Below, piece after piece: positions 40,778 to 49,781 of a DNA stretch of 64,000 nucleotides. The stretch comes from Rhodoferax ferrireducens (GTDB lineage Bacteria > Pseudomonadota > Gammaproteobacteria > Burkholderiales > Burkholderiaceae_C). Within the stretch, counting starts at the first letter, position 1. Each line of letters starts with the position of its first letter. The stretch spans positions 47,031-111,030 of the forward strand of contig NZ_JBAQMD010000118.1 in assembly GCF_049302455.1 (NCBI RefSeq), read 5' to 3'. The translations under genes and the position numbers were made by a program. The notes under the pieces are model-generated. The model did not search any database. It was not told where the DNA came from and saw only the letters and a list, made by a program, of their open reading frames with translations.

Positions 40778-43700
40778 TTTTCTTTATAGATTGAGTCGCG
40801 GTCGGCTTTGAGCAGTCCACCACCAGAACTGCGATCTTGTGTCGCAGTTCCTCCGGCACGGTGGCTGCCAGCCGCTGCTGCAACTCTTGTGGTGTTTTGA
40901 CTTTGGCACCGCCGTCAGTTGGGGCTGCTTTCATGTTGCCGGCAAACCAGAAGACCAGGAAGATGCCGTAGCCATCGCTGGCCGGTTCTCTGCAGTATTG
41001 GGCGATCAACTGATTGCCAATCGCTTTCCACACGTCTTTATGCCACTCCCCCTTGGCTTCCATGGGAATGTGGATCAGTCCTGAAGCGACTTCAATATCT
41101 GCCCTCTTTCTGTCAGCGTGGTGGCGCTCGGGCTCTGCCGAAATACTAATCGGAGCAAGACGTGGTTTGAGGGCAGACAACAAGGCGTTACGGCAACGTT
41201 CTTCGGATTTTGGGATGTCACCGGCCCAATATTGGTCATAGTCATCCGTGTCGCTGTCCCGAATCCCACGTATCAGCTGCTTTAGGTGATCAACCGTCAG
41301 AGCGAATAGATCGGCCGCGTTAGCGGGGTTAAGTTTGTTGGCCAGCGTTTGGCAAACTTTTGCGACTGAAGCGGGTTTGAACAGCGCTTTTCGCCGTGTG
41401 ATGCGTTGGTCATACAGAGCGCGGCTGAGCGAGTCGCCCCAGTGTTTCAAGTCTTGCCGCTGCTGCAGAGCCGTCAGGGCATCTAGTGCAGCATCGTCGG
41501 GCTTGCCTGCAAGCGCTGAAATCAGACTTTCAACATAGCGGCCCATCTCCATTTCCGGGGTAACCCAGCCGGACCCCCTTACCCAAGATGGATTTGAACG
41601 AGAACCCAATAGGCCGATCAGAAAGGATTGTGTCGCGACGGGCAGATCGGCCTGCAAGCGGCCTCTTCCTCTGCGTTCATGAACTAGCGCAAACACATGG
41701 CTGATGCGAACCTGGGTTTTCTCAACAAACTGTTGGGTGCGTTCCAGATACAGCTCGGGCGCAAGCAAGACACCGGCCGTCAGCCAGTAAGCGTGTTGTG
41801 CCACATCCATGCCTTTGGTGCTAAGTTTGCTGGCAATTAACGAGAGCTGGGTTTCTCGGGATACGCGACCCATCATCGAGACGATCAACAGCCGCAGGCT
41901 CGGCAACTGCTTCTTGCTTGCTTTGACGGGAAAGTCAGCGATAAGCTTCGGCGAAATTTGACTTGCAACTGCCGCGTAGTCTGCGTCAAGGGCCAGTACC
42001 TGCAAACCATCAACATGTTCTCTTTTTGCGCCGATTTGTTGGCTTATCAAGCGCTGGAGGACGTTGGCCAAAACCGTGGGGCGTTGTGTCAGCAGTTGCT
42101 TGAACCAGACGGGTGTTTCATAGAAGTTGTTGGTCAGACGAAAAGCGACTACCGTTTCCAAAAGGGCTGGCGGCAGATCAAACGCCGCCGCTGGGTCTTC
42201 TGCGTAGCGCAGTTCCATGGCGGCGAGGCAGGGCGCCGCCAGGCTGTAGCGTCGACCTTTGGTGTGGAGATCAACGATATCGGCCGCGGAAGGCAGGTTA
42301 TCGCGGAACAGGCACTGGCGCAAGCCATGCAGGGCAAGGCGAACCCATTCCTTGTCTTGGTTCAGTAACTCAAGCAGGCGAGTTTCAGGATTTTTCTCAT
42401 CTGAACGCCGAAAAAAGTTGAGGTAGGCGTTTGCCACCTCGACCAACGCGCCTAAGTGAGCCGGACCGGTAGCAAAACCGGACAGTGTTTCGCTAAAGAA
42501 TTTGATCGTCTGACGTGACTCCTCGGCGGCACGCTCTTTGTACTTGATCTCATGGTCAATATATTCTTGCTCGGGCTCAAGTGGCGGATAGGGACAGCGA
42601 AGAAAATCCGCGACCCAGACGGCATCGATTGAGTGGTCGGCGGACCAGTTTTCTAGAAGTTCAATTGCAGTGTTTGGCCCCGTTCTTTGATGGGTTAGCT
42701 GAAACGATTCGGTAACCAGCTGGCGCCGCAAGTTCTCATCAATGCTTGCTTCGGCCAGCGACAAATACCAAAGCATGGCGTCGTCAGGCTCAGGCGCGCC
42801 ATAAAGCTTCGCGCGAATCCACCACAAATTACGGAAGACAGTTTCGCTCGTATTGGCTTGCACGGATAAGCCATGTTCAAACAATGCTTTGTAAATAGCG
42901 GGGCGCTCGCCAAGCCATTGCGCTAAGGCGGCCTTGTTTGGTTGATCAAGCGGGCAGTGCTGGTGAGGGCCCAAGCCCAGGGACAGCCAGTTGTAAAGCC
43001 GTCGCACATCAATTCGGTCCCCGTTCTGTGTCACGCCTCGTACCAGCAATTCACCTACGATTTGGGGCGAGCCCATGTGGTCGTGCTGGTTGCTGAGCTG
43101 ATAACCTGTCGAAAACAAGGCATCCAACAAGATTGGAACGTCTTCCGGTGGTGTTTTTTCTTTTGACAGGTCATGCCAAAACTGCCAGTAGGAGCCCAGC
43201 AGTTGCTCAGACTTGGGTTTCCTGAAGTACCGCCATACCTCTGCTGGGGAAATATGGTTGGGATAGAGGACTTGCAGCAGCGTACCCAGAAGCTCGTCTT
43301 CCAAGTCCTCTACGACGTTGCTGTGAACGTCCGCCAGCAGTTGTGTGAGTGTTGACCAGCTGTTGTCTTCTTGCGCATAGGTGGCAAGAATTTCTAATGC
43401 TTCTTTGCGTGAGCCTGACCAATACGTTTTATCGCGGACCACCTGTTCCAACTCTGGGGCCAGGGTTGGCATGTGCTGCCCATGCGCCAAGGCATCCAAT
43501 ACGCAATCGAGCAACGCCAGATGCGGCGAGTTGCGGTCGGCCGATTGCAGCAGGGCTTTGAAATCTCCTGCCATGTCCGCCGTCGCCAAGGCGCCAAAGG
43601 AATGGCTCGCCCAATTCTGGTTGCGAAAATAGGTGTAGCGCGTGGCTTCATCACGCAAGGCGTCGAGTACCTGCAATTTCTCAGTGCGGCTGAAGGCGCG

Positions 43701-44885
43701 CACGTCGCCGTTCAGCACCACGCCCAGCGGGTCGCGCTCAATCAACTCGCGGCGCAGTTCCTCTGACGCTGTCGCGGCCAGCCAGGCGTGCAGGCCGCGC
43801 AGTTCGGGCACGATACCAGCATCCTGGCCCAGCATCAACGCCAGAACACGGCTGGCGGGCAAGCCAGCGTGAATGCGAGTAATTAGGTAGTGCGCGCCCA
43901 GATACTCCGCTACGGTGCGGTGAACGGGGACGAATTCACTACGGCCAGTCCCTCGGAACAGGCTGGTTCGAAGGGCGGCTTGGCAGGCTGCTATATCGGG
44001 CGCGTTTTCGCCTCGGCTGAGGTCCGTCAACGCCAGAGTGCCCGCGTGGGGTTCGCGTGCTGACTGTCGCGCGATGGCTGCACTGCCGGATAGCAGCATG
44101 ACGGCGCTCAGGTAGCCTGCGGCCTGAAGCATTTGTTCAGAAGGCAGGAGGTCATTTTGTTGTGTGGTGCGGTGTTCCTCGTTCTGCTCTTGAACCAGTT
44201 GCTCGCAGGCCAGTGCATATGTTTCGGTTTTGCTGGCAGGCCAGTGGTTCGACCTGGCGGACATGGCCTTGACCAACATGCGCAAGGTTTGCGGGTTGTC
44301 CAGCAAGCCTTCAAGATCACGGTGTTCGGCCTCGCGCATGAACTGGGCTGCGTCTTGCTCATTGGATGGTTGCCAATGGGCAATCAAGGCCTGGGTTTGA
44401 TTGCGGGTCAAAGGGGCGAGATGCAGCTCTAAAAAGTTGTTGTCACCGACCAAGCGCTGCAGTGCTGCGCTGTCAGTGTTGCCGCGCCAATCCGCCTCCC
44501 GGCAGGAAATCCGAAACTTCGGTGTGCCGAGCTGCTGAAGTTTGCTTCGGATCTGCCCGAGCGGGGTTGATCCGGTCGCGTTGCCCGCCGTCATCTCATC
44601 AAGTCCGTCGATGAAAATCAAGGGACTCTGATCCTTTGGCGAACCCAGTTCCACAAAGTCGCGTGCCGTGGTGTAGTAGCCGGCTTCTGCCTCGCTCAGT
44701 GTTTTGAAAGCGTCTGTTTTCCCGGCGCCGGGGTCGGCAATCAATACCCACGCCGGCACGTCACGGTAGTGGCTCAGGGGTTCAGGGTTGGACAAGGTGT
44801 CGTCTTGCATTCGCTTCATGGCGCTGCGCTCAAGCGGCAGGTGGTCTGAAGTTTGGATTTTGAAGGCTTTCACGTCAGACCTCAC
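40767..44885 (-). CDS. Giant NACHT-like STAND NTPase with a C-terminal PD-(D/E)xK-like nuclease module
   Basis: 1372-aa ORF. The GTG at 44885 overlaps the upstream stop (GTGA), with alternative ATGs at 44819 and 44810. Walker A VLIADPGAGKTDAF and NACHT-style Walker B PLIFIDGLDEM. About 1100 aa of Leu/Ala-rich unassigned sequence follows. The C-terminus RADIEVASGLIHIPMEAKGEW (D-x12-ExK) is followed by the hydrophobic strand GYGIFLVFWF. Confidence 0.75.
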   Translation of the reverse strand: MRSDVKAFKIQTSDHLPLERSAMKRMQDDTLSNPEPLSHYRDVPAWVLIADPGAGKTDAFKTLSEAEAGYYTTARDFVELGSPKDQSPLIFIDGLDEMTAGNATGSTPLGQIRSKLQQLGTPKFRISCREADWRGNTDSAALQRLVGDNNFLELHLAPLTRNQTQALIAHWQPSNEQDAAQFMREAEHRDLEGLLDNPQTLRMLVKAMSARSNHWPASKTETYALACEQLVQEQNEEHRTTQQNDLLPSEQMLQAAGYLSAVMLLSGSAAIARQSAREPHAGTLALTDLSRGENAPDIAACQAALRTSLFRGTGRSEFVPVHRTVAEYLGAHYLITRIHAGLPASRVLALMLGQDAGIVPELRGLHAWLAATASEELRRELIERDPLGVVLNGDVRAFSRTEKLQVLDALRDEATRYTYFRNQNWASHSFGALATADMAGDFKALLQSADRNSPHLALLDCVLDALAHGQHMPTLAPELEQVVRDKTYWSGSRKEALEILATYAQEDNSWSTLTQLLADVHSNVVEDLEDELLGTLLQVLYPNHISPAEVWRYFRKPKSEQLLGSYWQFWHDLSKEKTPPEDVPILLDALFSTGYQLSNQHDHMGSPQIVGELLVRGVTQNGDRIDVRRLYNWLSLGLGPHQHCPLDQPNKAALAQWLGERPAIYKALFEHGLSVQANTSETVFRNLWWIRAKLYGAPEPDDAMLWYLSLAEASIDENLRRQLVTESFQLTHQRTGPNTAIELLENWSADHSIDAVWVADFLRCPYPPLEPEQEYIDHEIKYKERAAEESRQTIKFFSETLSGFATGPAHLGALVEVANAYLNFFRRSDEKNPETRLLELLNQDKEWVRLALHGLRQCLFRDNLPSAADIVDLHTKGRRYSLAAPCLAAMELRYAEDPAAAFDLPPALLETVVAFRLTNNFYETPVWFKQLLTQRPTVLANVLQRLISQQIGAKREHVDGLQVLALDADYAAVASQISPKLIADFPVKASKKQLPSLRLLIVSMMGRVSRETQLSLIASKLSTKGMDVAQHAYWLTAGVLLAPELYLERTQQFVEKTQVRISHVFALVHERRGRGRLQADLPVATQSFLIGLLGSRSNPSWVRGSGWVTPEMEMGRYVESLISALAGKPDDAALDALTALQQRQDLKHWGDSLSRALYDQRITRRKALFKPASVAKVCQTLANKLNPANAADLFALTVDHLKQLIRGIRDSDTDDYDQYWAGDIPKSEERCRNALLSALKPRLAPISISAEPERHHADRKRADIEVASGLIHIPMEAKGEWHKDVWKAIGNQLIAQYCREPASDGYGIFLVFWFAGNMKAAPTDGGAKVKTPQELQQRLAATVPEELRHKIAVLVVDCSKPTATQSIKKISL

Positions 44886-46144
44886 TCCAAATCAAGCCAA
44901 TGCGCCAGTGGATACGAGAGAAACTCAGTCAACTCAACGCCACCCGTGCCGACCAGCAAAGGTTTGCCGGCGGGATGCTGTTTTACAAATTCATGAAGGC
45001 CACCGAGCTTGCCGATGGATGGACCACTTTTCACCTCTATCGCGGTCAGCCGGATGGCATCGGCGATCACAAAGTCCACCTCATGCGGGCTTTCGCGCCA
45101 GTAACTGATCTCCTCGTTGCTGGTCGCCGTGTTGCAAAGATGCGCGCCCACCGTGCTTTCAACCAAACGCCCCCAGTAGCTGCGATCAGCCTGCGCCTGG
45201 GCAAATGTATAAGCTGTGGCGCTGGACATCAACGCGGTATTGAGTACGTTGAATTTCGGCGCAGATGCGCGCCGCCGCGCCGCGCCCACATGGTATTTTT
45301 TCAGCCCGGTTAACAGGCCTGCGTTGCCTAGCAGGTCAAGGTAGCCGGCTAGCGTGGTCTCATTCCCGGCATCCTGCAGCTGCCCTTTGACTTTACCCAA
45401 CGCGAGGATTTGGCCCGAGTAGCTGGCCCCCAATTCAAAAAGTTGCTTGAGCAAGGCTGGCTTGTCCACGCGGGTCATTTGCAGAATGTCGGTGTCGATG
45501 CTGGGTTGCACCAAGCTAGCCAGAACATAGTTGCGCCAGCGGCCTTCGTCGCGTATCAATCGGGCGCTACCAGGATAGCCACCGAAATAAATGTATTCAT
45601 TGAGCGTGAAATCAAACGCCTGGTGCATCTCGATAAATGACCAATGCGTTGCGCGCATGAGCTCGTAGCGACCCGCCAGACTTTCGGTCAAGCCCTTTTG
45701 CATCAGCAGCGGAGAACTTCCCAACAAGATCACGTGCATTTCCAGACCTTGGGCACGGTCCGCATCCCACAAACCTTTGACGGTGTCCGACCAACGTGGC
45801 ACTTTCTGGATTTCATCCAGTACAAAAGCGAAAGGCTGCTCAGGGCTGTTGAGTTTGAATGCTGTGCATTGTTGCCGTGCGTTTCGCCAGCTACGTATCA
45901 GCCAGGCGGCATCCCGGGGCGCCCCCTCAACCTCGCTGGTCTGAGACGTGAAGTCCCCGAATGCCGGTGTGCGAGGCTCGGTGGGCTGGTCGACGGCAAG
46001 AAAATAATGCGCTTTTTTTTCCAGAGCCTGACGCACCAAAGTGGTTTTTCCGACTTGCCTGGGACCGGCCACAATCGTGATGAACAGGGGCGGTTCTTGC
46101 AATCGGTCGCGCAACGCCTGAACTTGACTACGATAAAAGGTCAT
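44882..46144 (-). CDS. AAA+ ATPase of the COG1373 type (AAA_14 + DUF4143)
   Basis: 420 aa. Walker A IVAGPRQVGKTTL and Walker B FAFVLDEIQK. The C-terminal EVDFVIADAIRLTAIEVKSG is the D/ExK-like signature of DUF4143 proteins. Confidence 0.85.
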   Translation of the reverse strand: MTFYRSQVQALRDRLQEPPLFITIVAGPRQVGKTTLVRQALEKKAHYFLAVDQPTEPRTPAFGDFTSQTSEVEGAPRDAAWLIRSWRNARQQCTAFKLNSPEQPFAFVLDEIQKVPRWSDTVKGLWDADRAQGLEMHVILLGSSPLLMQKGLTESLAGRYELMRATHWSFIEMHQAFDFTLNEYIYFGGYPGSARLIRDEGRWRNYVLASLVQPSIDTDILQMTRVDKPALLKQLFELGASYSGQILALGKVKGQLQDAGNETTLAGYLDLLGNAGLLTGLKKYHVGAARRRASAPKFNVLNTALMSSATAYTFAQAQADRSYWGRLVESTVGAHLCNTATSNEEISYWRESPHEVDFVIADAIRLTAIEVKSGPSIGKLGGLHEFVKQHPAGKPLLVGTGGVELTEFLSYPLAHWLDLE

Positions 46145-46273
46145 AAATCATACTGAGTAAATTTGCTCAATATGATTACAAACATATTGAATCATGTCAA
46201 ATGCAGCGCTGACAGTGCATGAGCGACGGCACTTGGATTTGAGTGCGCCCCTGTGAATTCTTCCATTTTTGCT

Positions 46274-46317
46274 ATTAAAAAGGTAGCTGATGACTCAAAT
46301 TTCTCGGGGGCAAGAGG
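46274..46317 (+). repeat. Dispersed ~45-bp repeat, copy 4 (plus orientation; right flank of the two-gene cassette)
   Basis: attaaaaagGTAGCTgatgactcaaatttctCGGGGGCaAGAGG, more diverged than the other copies. It lies between the ATPase promoter region and tsaB. Confidence 0.55.
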
Positions 46318-46344
46318 TTGGTTTGCTCGGTAAAATAATCGCCG

Positions 46345-47061
46345 ATGAATCTGCTCGCCTTTGACACCAGCACCGACATCATGTCGGTCGCCGTGCAGCG
46401 CGCCAACGCAGCAGGCGCAACGACGACGCACCCGGTCTGGCAGCACAGCGGCCCCGGCGGCGCGCAGACCTCAAGCCAGCTGATTCCGACCATCCAGCGC
46501 CTGATGGCGCAGGCCGCCCTGCAATTTGCTGATCTGGACGCGATTGTCTTTGGCCGTGGACCGGGCTCGTTTACCGGTCTGCGCACCGCTTGCTCGGTGG
46601 CGCAGGGCCTGGCTTTTGGCGCGAACCTGAAGGTACTGCCGATCGACACCTTGCTGGCGGTGGCGGAAGAAGCCCGTTTTCAGCAGGTGAGCGCTTTGGC
46701 CCACTGGCAGGTGCTGGCCTTGCTGGACGCCCGGATGGACGAGATGTATGCCGCCGGCTACGTTTTCGATAGTGGCAAGTGGAAGCAGATCAAGGGCTAC
46801 AGCCTGATTTGCCCTGAAGACTTAAGCCAGGATGCCGACTGTCCGCTGGCCGGCAATGTGTTTGCCAACTACGGTGCGCGTCTGCCCGGCGTGGCGCCGC
46901 GCATCGAGGCCCTGCCCGCTGCCCGCGCCCTGCTGCGCCTGGCGCCCGCCCTGCTGGCCGACGGCGCCGCCGTTGCCGCCGGGCAGGCGCTGCCGCTTTA
47001 TATCCGCGACAAAGTGGCCAAAACCACGCTTGAGCGCGCCACTGAGAAGGCGGCGCTGTGA
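46345..47061 (+). CDS. tsaB: tRNA N6-threonylcarbamoyladenosine biosynthesis protein TsaB
   Basis: 238 aa. MNLLAFDTSTD..., GPGSFTGLR idiom. Confidence 0.9.
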   Translation: MNLLAFDTSTDIMSVAVQRANAAGATTTHPVWQHSGPGGAQTSSQLIPTIQRLMAQAALQFADLDAIVFGRGPGSFTGLRTACSVAQGLAFGANLKVLPIDTLLAVAEEARFQQVSALAHWQVLALLDARMDEMYAAGYVFDSGKWKQIKGYSLICPEDLSQDADCPLAGNVFANYGARLPGVAPRIEALPAARALLRLAPALLADGAAVAAGQALPLYIRDKVAKTTLERATEKAAL

Positions 47062-47525
47062 GCGCCGTTCCCAAAACCGTCGAGGTCCGCTTCGAGCCCC
47101 TGACGCCCGAGAAGTTGGACGCCTTGTTGCGCGTGGAGCAGCAAGCCTATGCCCATCCCTGGGAGCGGCGCAACTTCGAGGACTCGATCAATGCCGGCCA
47201 TCAAATCCAGCTCTTGATGGCGCAGGACACCTTGCTGGGCTATTTTGTGGCCATGAAAGGGGTGGACGAGGTGCACTTGCTCAACATCACCGTGGCCCCC
47301 GATTACCAGCGCCAGGGCTGGGCGCAGGTGCTGCTGGACGCGCTCACGCTCTGGGCCAGGGGGCAAGGCGCCGAGTGGTTGTGGCTGGAGGTGCGCGTGA
47401 GCAATGAGCGTGCCATCATGGTCTACGAAGCCCACGGTTTTTGCCGCGTCGGTCAACGCAAAAACTACTACCCCGATGACGATGGTCAGCGCGAAGACGC
47501 GATCGTGATGAGCTTGCGGCTTTGA
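47058..47525 (+). CDS. rimI: Ribosomal protein S18-alanine N-acetyltransferase
   Basis: 155 aa with a stop/start overlap to tsaB. GNAT motif A (YQRQGWAQVLLDAL), in the canonical tsaB-rimI arrangement. Confidence 0.9.
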   Translation: MSAVPKTVEVRFEPLTPEKLDALLRVEQQAYAHPWERRNFEDSINAGHQIQLLMAQDTLLGYFVAMKGVDEVHLLNITVAPDYQRQGWAQVLLDALTLWARGQGAEWLWLEVRVSNERAIMVYEAHGFCRVGQRKNYYPDDDGQREDAIVMSLRL

Positions 47526-47566
47526 ACGCACAAAAAACGACGCGCCAGCTGGGCGAAAATGCGACT

Positions 47567-48463
47567 ATGAGTCTAGCCCTCGATCCCCGCCAGCGCGCCA
47601 TGTTGCAAGAGATGGGGGTGCGCGTCTGGATGCCTGCGGCCGCGGCTGATCTGCCGGTCGCGGCGCCGGCGCTGCCAGCCGCCGTGCAGGCAGCGCCAGA
47701 AGCGCCCAATAATGCTATTAAAACAGTAGCTACCAACATAGCAATGACGGGGGCTACAGCTCAAAAAGTCTTAAAGACTTCAGCACCACCCAAAACCAGG
47801 GAAACGGCTACCAGCACGGGCGTACCCGCCGCTGATGTGGCCGGCCTGGACTGGCCCGCGCTGACGCAGGCCATCGCCACTTGCCAGGCGTGCCCCCTGT
47901 GCACTGGGCGCCGCACCGCCGTGCAAGCGGCGCCCGATGCACCGCGCCTGGCCGATTGGCTGCTGGTGGGCGAGCCGCCCGATGATGCCGACGAGCAAGC
48001 GGGAGCGCCTTTTGCCGGAGCAGCAGGTCAATTGCTCGACAACATGCTCAAGGCGTTGGGCCTGAGCCGCCACGCCGGCAGTGGCGTTGCCGCCCCAGCG
48101 GCTCAAGCGGCGACAGCGGCTTACGTCACCCCGATCGTCAAGTGCCGCCCGGCGCAGACGCGCAACCCGACCCAGGCCGAACTCGCCAGCTGCGAAAACT
48201 ACCTGCGCCGCGAAGTGGCCCTGGTGCGGCCCAAGGTCATCCTGGCCTTGGGCCGGTTTGCCGCGCAGGGCTTGTTGCAGGGCAGTCTGCCCGGTTTGGC
48301 CGGCACGCCGCTGGGCCAACTGCGTGGGCAAATCTACCGCTACCAGGGTATTCCAGTCATCGTCAGTTATCCGCCGAGTTATCTGCTGCGCAGCCCGCAG
48401 CACAAAGCCCGCGCCTGGGTTGATTTGTGCCAGGCGCAGGAGGCCCTGCGGCGCGGCGGCTAA
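47567..48463 (+). CDS. Uracil-DNA glycosylase, family 4, with a long N-terminal extension
   Basis: ORF 47522..48463, with ATG 47567 (MSLALDPRQRAMLQEMGVRVW) preferred and an alternative ATG at 47744. The UDG4 core has the Cys cluster (CQACPLC), GEPPD.. and a C-terminal HPSYLLR-like YPPSYLLRSP. Confidence 0.85.
   Translation: MSLALDPRQRAMLQEMGVRVWMPAAAADLPVAAPALPAAVQAAPEAPNNAIKTVATNIAMTGATAQKVLKTSAPPKTRETATSTGVPAADVAGLDWPALTQAIATCQACPLCTGRRTAVQAAPDAPRLADWLLVGEPPDDADEQAGAPFAGAAGQLLDNMLKALGLSRHAGSGVAAPAAQAATAAYVTPIVKCRPAQTRNPTQAELASCENYLRREVALVRPKVILALGRFAAQGLLQGSLPGLAGTPLGQLRGQIYRYQGIPVIVSYPPSYLLRSPQHKARAWVDLCQAQEALRRGG
47717..47760 (+). repeat. Dispersed ~45-bp repeat, copy 5 (plus orientation; in-frame inside the UDG N-terminal linker)
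   Basis: attaaaacaGTAGCTaccaacatagcaatgACGGGGGCTACAGC, translated in-frame as IKTVATNIAMTGATA. Confidence 0.7.
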
Positions 48464-49629
48464 GCCACCCGCGCCCGCACTTGCCGCAGCCTGAGCCACA
48501 CCAGCGCCGCAGCCGTCAAGGCCACCGGCAGCAAGGAGCCGACATTGAGCAACTGCCAGCCGCGGGTCGTGACCAGCACGCCGGAGGCCAACGAGCTCAC
48601 GGCCAGCGTGGCGAAAACAAAGAAATTCAGGGCGCCCTGAGCCCGGTCTTTTTCCTCGGGCGAGTAGGTTTGCAAGGACAGTGTGGTGCTGCCTGTGAAC
48701 AGGAAATTCCAGCCCACGCCGAGTAAAAACAGCGCGATCAAAAACTGCTGCAGGTCCACGCCGGACAGCGCCACCAGGATACACAGCGCATTAAGCGCCA
48801 CGCCAACCCCCATGATGGTCAGCGTGCCGAAGCGCTTGATCAGATGGCCGGTGAAGAACCCGGGCGCAAACATGCCGATCACATGCCATTCCAGCACCAG
48901 CGCCACATCGGAAAACGGCAGACTGCACTGCTGCATGGCCAGCGGTGTGGCCGCCATCAGCAGGTTCATCACACCGAAGCTCAAAGCGCCCGCAGCAGCC
49001 GCCACGATGAAGGCGGGCTGTCGCATGATCTCGGCCAGCGGACGGCCGCTGCCGGTTGACTTCTTTACCGGCGGCGGCGGGAATTTTATGAAGGCCAGCA
49101 CGAGCATCGCCAACAAGGCCACGCCGGCCAGGGCCAGGTAGGCGCCAGCAAACGGTACGCTCGTGAGCGTGCGGGTCTGGGCCGCCAGGTTGGGCCCCAG
49201 CACGGCGCCAATCAGCCCCCCGGCCATCACCAGCGACACGGCCTTTTCGCGCCAGGCCAGGGTCGCGAGTTCAGCCGCCGCAAAGCGATACAGGTTGGCG
49301 TTGGCGTTGTAGTAGCCCGCCACCACCGTCGCCGTACACAACAACCAGAAATTCTTGCTGACGGCGGCATAGGCGCACAGCAAAGCCGACGCCAGCGCCA
49401 CCAGCAGACCCATCTGAAACGACAGCTTGCGCCCAAAGCGATGCTGGGTCTTGGCCACCAAACCGGTCGACAGCGCACCGCCGACCACGTAGCCCATGAC
49501 GGGCAGGGTTGCCATCCAGCCCAGCGGCGCCAGGCTCAAGCCCACCAGACCATTGATGGCGATGAAGGTGACGTTGTTGGTCAGGAAAAGTCCCTGGCAA
49601 ATGGCCAGCAGCCAGAGGTGTCGGTTCAT
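48460..49629 (-). CDS. MFS transporter
   Basis: ORF 48460..49731, with ATG 49629 (MNRHLWLLAICQG) preferred. About 12 TM helices and an MFS loop motif (QHRFGRK). Confidence 0.85.
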   Translation of the reverse strand: MNRHLWLLAICQGLFLTNNVTFIAINGLVGLSLAPLGWMATLPVMGYVVGGALSTGLVAKTQHRFGRKLSFQMGLLVALASALLCAYAAVSKNFWLLCTATVVAGYYNANANLYRFAAAELATLAWREKAVSLVMAGGLIGAVLGPNLAAQTRTLTSVPFAGAYLALAGVALLAMLVLAFIKFPPPPVKKSTGSGRPLAEIMRQPAFIVAAAAGALSFGVMNLLMAATPLAMQQCSLPFSDVALVLEWHVIGMFAPGFFTGHLIKRFGTLTIMGVGVALNALCILVALSGVDLQQFLIALFLLGVGWNFLFTGSTTLSLQTYSPEEKDRAQGALNFFVFATLAVSSLASGVLVTTRGWQLLNVGSLLPVALTAAALVWLRLRQVRARVA

Positions 49630-49781
49630 GGGGGTAGAGCCGTAAAAGGAGACCTGTATTTTCACCGCATTGCAGGCGCGCACCCTCAAGCCGCTTGCTG
49701 CGCTGGAACAAATAGCCGACCCAACCGACATCTGTTTGTCATATTGCGCCGTTAAGTTAGGCGCTTCGAACAGGAGTCACC

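Noticed and set aside
46145-46273. Short inverted repeat aatcata..tatgatt in the promoter region of the ATPase/STAND operon
   Set aside because: The arms are only 7 bp in AT-rich DNA, so this could easily be chance. It is not called as an operator.
49732-49756. Possible Pho box upstream of phnC (ctgtttgtcatattgcgccgtt)
   Set aside because: Only one decent TGTCATA half-site is present. The second 7-mer at the expected 11-bp spacing does not match, so the evidence is too weak to call.
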